NCBI GenBank assembly: GCA_028023455.1
Contig: JAQFVV010000002.1
Coordinates: forward strand, 10,106,001 to 10,170,000
Direction of reading: 5' to 3'
DNA from: Epiperipatus broadwayi
Taxonomy: Eukaryota > Animalia > Onychophora
Length of the DNA stretch: 64,000 nt
Shown here: piece after piece, positions 53,710 through 64,000 of the stretch
Position numbering within the stretch: position 1 is the first letter of the stretch
How the letters are laid out: each line of letters begins with the position of its first letter
The notes under the pieces: generated by a model
The model's input: only the letters and a program-made list of their open reading frames with translations
Databases searched by the model: none
What the model was told of the DNA's origin: nothing
Position numbers and translations under genes: made by a program

Positions 53710-56480
53710 AGTTATTCTATATATGTTGGACTTTAATGGATTAATCCAGATTCCATTTATCTTGATCAGATTAAGTTATTTATTACCCCAAACCAATAAA
53801 TAAATGGATAACAAATATCCATTGCAAATACAAGCCAATGGGTGATTATGCTCAGTGAATCCAATTATTTTCATTATGGAAGGGGATATGGCTATAAATA
53901 AGCCAATCTAGTTGAAGGTAAAGGGGAAGCAATGGCCATTTACTATCAGCAACAGTAGGAATGTTGTCCACTATATGATCAAAGCAGTGAGGCAAGTTTA
54001 TATTGGAACTAGAAGCTTTTAGAAAGTAAATCAGATATGAGGCAAATTGTCACACTATAGCTGGAAGTATCACCATACCTACATATGAGTTAAGTTGCTA
54101 CAGAAGAGTCAGAAGTGTCAACCATACCTATCCATGACACAAGCTGTCACAGTACAATTGGAAATAGAAAGATATCTAATGTCACTTACATTAATAGATG
54201 CATGGCAACTAAATGTTATACCAAGCCAACAATGTCACGCAAAAGTATAAGTTGTATATATTGTAAATACGCATTTATCATTTATTTTAATTATTGTATT
54301 TTTATGAGTCTGTATTTATTATAATCATGAATGAACATAACAATTGGTACAATAATGATAGGTCTTACCTTCATTTAAGTATTTGTTCTTAAAAATTGAC
54401 AGATAACATTATTAGCACATCAATAGAAATTTGGTTACGCATTAATGATAAATAAGAGTTAAACAATTTTTTTTTCTTTCTCATGGCAGAAAAAGAAAAA
54501 GATCAAAATAGCTACAATTGGACCATTAAAGGGGTTTGGTCTTGGCCATCCAAAATGGATAGAGTGTTTTTCCATATGCAAGCTAATCAAATCAAAAAGC
54601 CTAACTTAAAATTAGCCACATTCGTGTCTATATGTGGATCTCAGATCCACAAGATATTACAATCACATATAGCATGATACTTCCAGTAGAGCTTGACTAT
54701 GATAAAGCATTATCTCTACCGCTAAACTTTTTCAACCCAAAATATTCAATGATAATGTAGAGATACACAAGGGGCAGGAAAGAAAGTGAAAGATTTTGCT
54801 GTTAAACTCAGAAAACTAACTCTTAACTGCAACATGAAGCTTTAAGAGATTGTTTATTTAAAGATCACAGTCTTAGGGTCAAAGTGTTGATGAACCTGAT
54901 ATCACATTTGATTCAGATTTCTCTCAAGGAAACAATTTGTCAGTGAGTCAGGCAACTTCTTTGAACAAAATTGGTCTAGCTTAAATTGAAGGTCTCTGGG
55001 ACAGAATTCATGTTAGTCATGCAGTGACTTATTAATAGTTGATTTATACTCCGTGTCTGGAGATATAGCAAGTATCATCACTCCAGTCCTCAGCAGCTAT
55101 GAAGACTCTTAGAAGGCTATTTGCCATCTATGGACTGCCTAAAATTAAACTTTCAGACAATGGCACAACTTTCACATTGACTGCATTCAGACAATTTTGT
55201 ACCAAAAAAGCATTGAACTAATGTTATCATTTTATCCTGAGCACAATCGCCAGGCTGAGAAACAAGCTCATGAGACTAAAAAATAATAAAAAGGCTAACA
55301 CAGGTAGTAGAGATACCGCTATTGTCAGAATGCTTTTAGCATAGCAATATACACAAAGAACTGTCACTTGTAAAATGCCAACTGAATTATTATTTAACAG
55401 TGACTTAAAAACTAACTTGTCAGTTTTCAGGTCTAATTTTACTAAAGAAAAAATTGAAAGTAGAAGTACTAATGTGCAGATAGGCATCCAAATTCTATGA
55501 TGCATGTATGCATGATAGAATCATCAAATGGGTTTCAACTGTTGTGATCAAATTTAAAAAATTACAAACAGTGGTTATCTAAACAGATGCTGAACAACAA
55601 GCCTAACACCACAGAAGTGAGGTAATGAACTATATATGACCATTCAACAGTGAAAAATGTTTATTCAAAGTGAAGAATGATTAGCTAACAGTGAAGAATC
55701 CAGATATGATGAAGTTACAAATTTTAAAGTCATCAGATGTACAAATAAAGACACTGGATTTGCTGATAAAGTCATTGAACCTGATGAAGACAGAAATTGA
55801 TGAAAATGTCCACCAAAGTATCTGAATGATAACATTTTTCAGGGTTAATTTTAGCCAGAGGTATGAAATGTTATATATTAACTTATCTTCAATTAATGAT
55901 CTAGTCCGGCTTCCATTTTATATTGATTGGCTTGAGAATTTATCACCACAGAACATTTTGAATAGACAACATATATCCAATGGAAGATATAGTCAATGGA
56001 TGATGATGCTCAATAAATCTAACTGTTTTTCATTATAAAAAGGCAGCAGACTATAAATTGTCATTCCAGTTGAAAGTAAAGGAGACAACAACAATTTTTA
56101 TCAGGTTTAAATGGTAGTATATATGTTTCTCTCTATATGGTTAAAGCAGTGAAGTAAGTTTATGCTAAAACTTGAAGCTGCTAGAAGCTAAATCAGACAT
56201 AATGTAAGTTGTCACACTATATCTAGAAGTGTCACCATCCCTTCACATGAGTCAAGCTGTTATAGAACACCTGAAAGTGTCAACCATATCTACTCATGAG
56301 GCAAATTGAAAAGATAAATAAATCTGGAACCTTACTTGAAGTCCTTTACATTAATAGTTGTATGGCAGCTAAAGGCTATACCAAGTCAGGTGAAGTTATA
56401 CATTTCTATATTTGGTTTTAATTAATAAATATTTAATCATATGAGTTCTGTGTTTATTATAATCACATATAAACACAACA
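53710..56480 (+). mobile_element. Internally deleted, old Ty3/gypsy LTR element with both LTRs
   Basis: Diverged direct repeats ~53710-54342 and 55869-56480 (TG..ACA), with TGGTAC just after the first. The interior has gag-like FAVKLRKL..C (~54795) and integrase-like LRRLFAIYGLP..SDNGTTFT (~55110-55180); no RT was found. Confidence 0.75.
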
Positions 56481-56745
56481 TCTATAAACAAATAAAGTGA
56501 AGTTTTGGAAACCAATTTTTAGTGATATATAAGTGATAAATTTAACTTGGGATAAATTTAAATAATTAAAAAAATATTTTGGAAATATTTATACAAAAAT
56601 TATTAGTTAGTCTATTATATTGGAAATATTTATACAAAAAATATTAGTTAGTCTATTATAATAAGCATGGCTTTTTGAGATATAAAAAAACTTGAAGATG
56701 ATCAATTTTCCCATAACTTTGAAAATAATATATATATAAGGGTAA

Positions 56746-57236
56746 AAACAGGAAAAACTCTCTATAGTATTGCCACTCAGTGCAAGCCAGAGTAATCAAT
56801 GGGTGCCAGAAGGCTTGTGTATAAAATCCCCATCTAGTGCCTACTCATCCAATATCCCCAGACTAGTTTGTCTTGTGACCTTTGTCAGTGAGGAGCCTTA
56901 GATCTGAGAGAACTGCATCTAGATCTTAGGATCAAATGCAACCCTCCAGCAGCCACCTTTTATCTCTACTTAACTACAAAAGTATGAGTCTTGAAAACAC
57001 TAATATTTTCAATCCAAGTTCATTATCTTATATAGTCATATAGGTCTGAACTCAGTTCAGTACCTATATATAGTCTGGGGATATTGAATGAGTAGGCACT
57101 AGATGGGGATTTTATGCACAAGCCCCTGTAATCCATTGATTACTCTGGCTTGCACTGAGTGGCAATATGTATAGAGAGTTTTGCCTGTTTTAATAACAGT
57201 TATAAGCAAGCATAGGAAATCATGATCATGTGATGT
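56746..57236 (+). mobile_element. Fold-back copy of family H
   Basis: Long inverted arm to ~57063, short sense arm ~57071-57191, ~45-nt tail. TATATATAAG(G/C)GTAA occurs at 56731-56745 and 57237-57251. Confidence 0.85.
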
Positions 57237-57304
57237 TATATATAAGCGTAATAAGCTATCAATTAAAATGGAATAAATTTAGAGAAACTGGTTACAATAA
57301 TTAC

Positions 57305-58190
57305 AATAAACTCTTAAGCTATCAATAATCTCAATATGTAATGATGGTACCACTTTTATTTATGGCCTGATGTATTTATATAGACACTAAAAATTGCAAT
57401 TTGATCAAGGAATGTGAGATTAATAATGCAAAGAAGTTTAAGCAAACCTTATTAATAAGGCAAATATAACCTTTTCTGAAAGCAAACTAATAAATAGTCA
57501 ATTTCACTTTCCAAATTCCATATAAAGTATATAATTTACTATAAATGTAGATGATAACAATCAACCTTAAGCTATCAACAATCTCAACCTGTAATATGTT
57601 TTCAGAACAGGTTACAACTGTCTGATTAATGAAGTTTGTTTGAACTTCTTTGCATTATTAATTTCACATTCCTTGATCAAGTTGCAAACTTTAGTGTCTA
57701 TATAAACATACCAGGCCATAGAAAAAGGTGATACCACATTTATTGTTTAAGGAGGTTGCCTTGATTACAGGTTGAGATTGTTAATAACTTAAGGATTGAT
57801 TGTTATCATCTACATTTATAAACCTATTAATGCCTTGAATAGCTTTATTGCCTTAGTAAATATATATTTTACATAGAATTTGGAAGGTATACATGACTTT
57901 TATTAGTCTGCTTTCAGAATCTGGAAGTTATAATTCACTATTTATTGCCTGCTTTCAGAATAGGTTATATTCGCCTGATTAAAATGGGAGATTTGTTTAA
58001 ACTTCTTTGCATTATTAACCTCACACTACTTGGTCAAGTTGCAGTTTTTCACATATAAAGGTGGTAACATCATTATTGTTTAAGGAGATTGCCTTGACTT
58101 AGAGATTGAGATCATTGAGAGCTTAATGATTGATTATTATCATCTACATTTACAATCCTACTAAAGCCTTGAGTAATTTGTTTTATTAGA
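57305..58190. repeat. ~300-350-bp unit tandem array with an orientation switch near 57600
   Basis: AACTTCTTTGCATTATTAA..CACA..CTTG.TCAAGTTGCA occurs forward at ~57642 and ~58000 and inverted at ~57400-57445. TTATCATCTACATTTA occurs forward at ~57803 and ~58137 and inverted at ~57542. Confidence 0.8.
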
Positions 58191-61100
58191 TTAGAAAAAT
58201 GAATTGTATGTGAGTTTTTTCTAATTCTATGATTTGATGATCTTTTTTTTGGGGGGGGAGGGATGTCAAATATTTCACAAAGTTTTTACTTGGAACTTTT
58301 GTTTTCATTGCAAAGTCTTAAAACATGACATGCATAAAGTTTGGTGCTATAATTTTTTGCAATATGCTTCTATATTTACTTAATCTAATTTTAACAGCAA
58401 GATGAAATTAAGAAAAGAGATAAGATAGATCAATCATTATCTGATGCTCCATATTTAAAAAAAAGACATATAGGATTAATGTCACATGTAAACTGCAGAA
58501 ACAATGTAATGCTTTCTAAAATAGTAAATGATCAAAAAGGATGACCTGAACTATTTAAAAAAAAGAAAATTCTAGTAGAATCAGAATGAAGGAACTATAA
58601 ATAAAACTATAAAAAGAAGCTGCACTATTATAATGTTGTGCTTTTATTTCTTTTCATTAAAGAAAGTCATTAAAAAACCTTAGAGATACAAGTATATTGC
58701 ATCATATAAAAACTTGAAACCAAAACTACCTACAATAGAAATGTATCAGAATTTCTTTTATGCAAAAATTTTTCAACAATGTATATATTTTGTCTTAATG
58801 AATATGTTATATGTAAGCATTGAAGTGTATATATACACAGAATATTGTTAATCCAACTTTATCCTATAATTTGGAAATACCTTATCTGCCAAGAAAAATT
58901 ATGAGTAGATTTAATTTTTATGACCCCTGACTTTACTATTTTAGTAAAAGTTACAATTGACTTAAATAATATTTTCATTTAATCTGTAATAAACATGCAT
59001 TAAGTGAATAATAAGCAAAATACAGCAAATATTATTAATGCAGCAGATAAATATGCATAGTTAAAAAAAACAAAAGTCAATACTATTACAGTATGCAATT
59101 CATTTTAAATATCAGAATCAATTCACCAATGACCACTTTAAAGAAAAAGCAATGAAGAAATCAATCTACAAAGAATTAAATGTACATAATTCTTTGTCCA
59201 AAAATGTGCAAAATAGTAATAAAAAAAACACCCTAATAATTTGAATGGGATTATAAAGTGTGGCTAATGTAACTGACATTTGCTTAAAGGGTGAAAAAAG
59301 ATATATTTTTTTAAAAATTATAATTGAGGTAACAACTAAGAACCACAATCTTTATTGTAGATAATTGTGGGGTGGAGAAGGGGTGGATATCGTAAATTAA
59401 TAATAGAAAATGTACATTTTTAAAATATAAGTAACCATGATATTACAATTCAAAAATGTATTCCCACCATACTTTTTTTATTTTGCAATTTTTTGGGGGG
59501 ACAAATATATAGGGCACTTAAAACTCTTTAAAGATTATTTTATTTTATTGCCTTTATTTAACACTATTATTGACATAATGTTAATTTGAGATCAAATGCA
59601 AGATTAAAAAAAGAAAGATACATGTTGAGAACTTTCATTAAGTACATCTGTATTATTAATTGTGAGAAATTTTACAACAAAATATGAATCCATAGCCTTC
59701 TTGACTGATATTAGAAATACTTTCTGTATATTAAGTTATCACTAATGTGAAATTATATTTCAAATGGTTTTTAAAATATTTTATTTATCTTGTCATGGAT
59801 TACTTTCTTTTGTTTTGTTTTATAATTTTCTTTAATAAATACATACATGCTAGATATATTGTTTATTTCATAATATATTTGATGGATTTTGACATGAAGG
59901 AAATGCATAGCTGCCTGATATATTATTTTAGAACTGTAAATCTTTAAAGAATGTTAACAGGTGGTGACATTACTGAATAAATTGTTGGGGCATTTAATTT
60001 ACAATGAATTATCTTTTCCATTATCTTTATTTAAACTCATTATCATCATCAATTAAATTCTAATGGATTATTTTTAGTATTGCTTTATTGTTAAAACATA
60101 GCTTAATAAATTCAATAATAAATATCTACATTTTATTTCTTAAAAATTAATTTCTTCACTGAAACTTAAGGTAGATCACATATTATAACATTATTGATGA
60201 GAGTGTCATATTTTTATTTTGTCTTTTAATGTTTTATTTTTTCATTGGATAAGTTTTCTCTTGGTATATATTGCAGTAAGTGGAAATTTATATTAAAATC
60301 AACTGCAACAGTTTTTAAAAATAGATTTTAGTGAAGAAAAAATGCTTGAAGCGCTCCATAAATTTTTATATATTTATTTTTTGATTATATAAAAAATAAA
60401 GGTCTATACAATATATATTAAAATTAATACATATTATATTTAAAATTTCTTTAAGTTTTCAGCAGCATATGAATGTTTAAAGATGTGGGAGCTTGTAAAG
60501 AAAATGGGTATTGATAAATTATTCTTAATTTGGTAAAATTCCTAATTTGGAAAAGCTTTATAATCAAGGATATCATATTAATAGCATTGGTCTTGTATAT
60601 ATATAGTGATTGTTTAATTATTAATTTGGAAAATCTGAGATCTTTTGAACAGGATTAATTACAATGTGATTAATGATTAATGATAAAAGTAATTTTTTTT
60701 TGCTTTGAAATTAATCTTTTTTTCATATGTAATACTTTTGATTAAAAACTATTTTTTTAAAGGATTTGTTGTGGTTATAGATGTAATTGTAATTTGAATA
60801 AAGCACTGATGGAAAGTTTGATTTGCATTCATGAGTGAAAAAGGAGTTTAATATATTTATACATACTTATAAAAATTCTCGACTTTCTTGTTTATGTTTA
60901 AAATGTTTAAATATATAACTTTTAATTTATGTTTATAAACTATTTCATTTGGAAGTGATTTAGTTAAATTTATTTATTAAATAATTTATAATCTCACTTT
61001 TTGTTTCTGTATACAATAATTAAATTAATTATTATTTAAATGTAAAAAAAATTAAAAAAATAATTATTCACCAATTAGAGTAAAAATACTATATATCTTA

Positions 61101-61779
61101 ATTTAAATATACAGACTAATTTTTAACATAAGAAAAAAACTAAGACAACTCAACCATTTAAAAAAGAATACATTAAAAGTAATATTAAAATCTCCATATA
61201 AGGAGAAAATAATAATATTAAATATATTTAAAGTTATCCATATTTTTCCTATGTATACATTCCTAGCAGCTGCTTTTCGTCTTTTTAAAATAATATATAT
61301 TATTCAATCCATGGAAGATGAATCTGTATCATATTGTTTAAACTTTTTTTATTTCAAACTATTGTAAAAGCATCTTTTTAACTGCAAATTATTAAAAAAT
61401 ATACATATGCCAAAAATTTAAATAAAAATGTAATCTGACTTTCATGTTGAATAAGGTAGGATGCACAATGCAATTAAATAATTTAAACTAAAGATTTTCA
61501 TTTTTGTATTTGCAAACATTTATAAATAACATGCTAGTTTTGGTAATCAACATCAAATATTTTTTCTTTATATATTTAATACTACTGTACCAATAATTAA
61601 TAATCTTATGAGTAACTATTCAGAAGTCATATGAGGCTGAATCTATACAATAATCAAAAACAGAAAGTCATATATAGTGTGACATTGCTTTTGTAAGCTT
61701 ATATTTACAAATATGTAATATAGAGAGCATACCAATAGCTCTTTATTGATAAGTGTGGTAAGAAAAAATATTTAAAATC

Positions 61780-62047
61780 TCTATCTGGAAAGTTCCTATT
61801 CCCAGACCAATTGTTTTTGAGCTTATGGTTCACCTCAGTGAGGAGCTAGAACATTCAGACACTAGATCTAAAATTCAACTCAAAACAGCACTTATTTAAT
61901 ATGTAATATTTAAGTAGAAATTCTGAAATTTTCACTGGAGTTAAAGACATTTTCATGTCCGAAAATTTCTAAGTTTCTACTTAAATATTATGTACTAAGT
62001 AAGTACTAGAGTTGACATTTTAGATCTAGTGTCTGAATGTTCTAGCT
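61780..62047. repeat. ~205-bp hairpin attached to a diverged relative of family H
   Basis: AGCTAGAACATTCAGACACTAGATCTAAAA (61845) is inverted at ~62018-62047, with an inner pair TAATATTTAAGTAGAAA / TTTCTACTTAAATATTA. The upstream CCCAGAC..TCAGTGAGGAGC resembles 56858-56896. Confidence 0.7.
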
Positions 62048-62379
62048 ACTGTATGTTGTAGAAATATTTCAGATAATAATAAAATGTCTTTATTAATAAT
62101 TTTAAATAGTCAATTACTTGAGAGGAAAATTTGTATTTTTACTGAAAGCAAATAATCTTATTTTAAAAAAAAGACCAATAACAAGACAAATGTGAGCATT
62201 TTTCATTATTGAATAATAGTGATTTTAAAAATAAAGTTTCTTTAAAGTTAAATAGTGGAAAGTATTATATTTAAAATTTTATTCCTGGCAAAAAAATAAA
62301 ATCTAAGATAAGTGAAATTATAAAAAAAATATAAAAAAATTGATAGAACTATTTATTTAAGTTGTTATCCTAGTGATTA

Positions 62380-63840
62380 TTTGGCTCCTAAAGTTTTCTT
62401 TAATCCGAATTTTGGAAAGTTAATTTACTTACAGGGGAGTTCATTGATAACATTTCAAATTTTTTCATAAGGTTTTTTAAGAATTTATATAAATTTAGGT
62501 AAATTTTGTGCATCTTTTTTTTGAGGCATTTGATAATATAAATGGATTTTAGAGAGTGATTTTTGGTAGTTTAGATATTAAAAATATGTATCAATCAGTT
62601 GACAGAATAAAAAGTATTATTTTTTTTTATTCTAATAAAACATAAATATTTTTCTGCAAATAGCATTAAGGTTATTCATGATTTGCTATTATTCTTAGTT
62701 TATGAATTTTATGCATAATAATGTGTTTTATAAGATTAGAGAGAGATGGATTATTGGATGTTATTTCTCCTTTAATGTGCTCTACCTGTATTGATATTTT
62801 GGAGAATGGTGTTAGTAATCATTTTTCTGTTGTTTTTTTTTTTTTAAATTATTTATTAGGTATATTGATAATAGTTTGTTTGTAATTTGGAAAGATAAAT
62901 TGAAGGATTTTATTGATAGATTGAATGCTTTTAATTCTAACATTAATTTTATTATTGAGGGAGGAACTTTTGAGTTTGTTAAATTAAAATTTCTAGATTT
63001 AAGCATCGATAAAGTTGATAGTATTTTATTTTGCAGACATTTTATTAAAACAAAAAGTTTTAAAAATATGATACAGCTAGACAGTTCTCATGAGAAAATT
63101 TCTTTATTGAATTTTTGTTATAGGAATAGAAGGCTTAATAATTTGTAAATAATGTTTATATTCAGAACAGTCAATTTGCTTCTGGTTATATTGATTTACA
63201 TTATAATCATAAATTTATTAGAAATATTATATTTAATAAGAATATTTATAGGTCTGATAATATGAAAATTTAATTGTTAGTCAGAATATTTCTTTACCAT
63301 TCATCAATTTATAGAGTGATTTATAAGAATTGCATGGCATAAAAGTTGTCTGAAAGAAAGCCTTGATTTAAATTCATTATTAAATAGTTCAAAATAGTCA
63401 ATTGATAGTAAATCTTTTTCTGATGCAGTTTGTAAGATTTCTTGTAGTTGTAAAATTTATATAGGTCAAAATAAATTAAGACTTAATGAAAAAGTTAAAA
63501 TTCATAAGAGTACAGTTAAAAATAGGTATGGTAACTCAGTTTTGTATATTTATAAACTGAATACAGGTCATAATATACTATTTTGCAATGCAGATTATTT
63601 TTTTTATAAAGAAAATAAATCAAAGGAAAGAGTATAAGAAATTCTGATAATAAATATTTTTGAATTTGAGATCATCACTCTCATGAAGATATTCTTTCAT
63701 GTTAAAGTGAATTATGGGAAGGATATTTTCTATTGTATTTTGTTGAATTTTACTTGAGAAGGTTTATTAGTTAATAGATAAAACCATAATTGTGAGAGAA
63801 TTTTAATTAGTTTTTTTTTGGCTAGTTTTATAAAGTTTTG
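62380..63840 (+). mobile_element. Degraded Penelope-like element (RT C-terminal half + GIY-YIG + 3' region)
   Basis: FIRYIDN (~62856), then FVIW..LNAFNSNINFIIE..KFLDLSI (ORF 62876-63148), then SCSCKIYIGQNKLRLNEKVKIHK (~63441-63510). The 5' boundary is approximate. Confidence 0.8.
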
Positions 63841-64000
63841 ATTTTCTATTATATATATATTGTAACTGTACAAAATGTACAAGCCACATGAAAATCATCC
63901 AAGGGCAATCTGCATGTGTGTTCCATATTCCAATGTCACAAAACAATTTTTTCCTTTATAGCCCACTAAGATCAGCTAGACACATAAGACACTTATACTA

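Overview
Very AT-rich eukaryotic (probably invertebrate animal) DNA with no host gene I can support. Recognisable content is transposon-derived: two related L1/Tx1-type non-LTR elements (1-~4625, cut by the window edge; 17553-23746, full length with a 19-bp TSD), an RTE fragment, two decayed Ty3/gypsy elements, Merlin and pogo-type DNA transposon relics, and Penelope-like element (PLE) relics. The main signal is a recurring insertion architecture: [10-15 bp direct repeat] + [inverted copy] + [sense copy] + [unpaired 3' tail] + [direct repeat]. The tail is exactly 34 nt in three unrelated insertions. Several of these insertions carry minimal hammerhead ribozyme (HHR) motifs. The best example (48276-49045) is a near-perfect hairpin of a tRNA-headed, Pol III-type SINE fused to an apparently intact minimal hammerhead, with the apex at tRNA position 1. 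I infer a set of non-autonomous, ribozyme-bearing elements mobilised by PLE machinery. All alignments, folds and translations beyond the supplied ORF track were done by eye; no database search was run.
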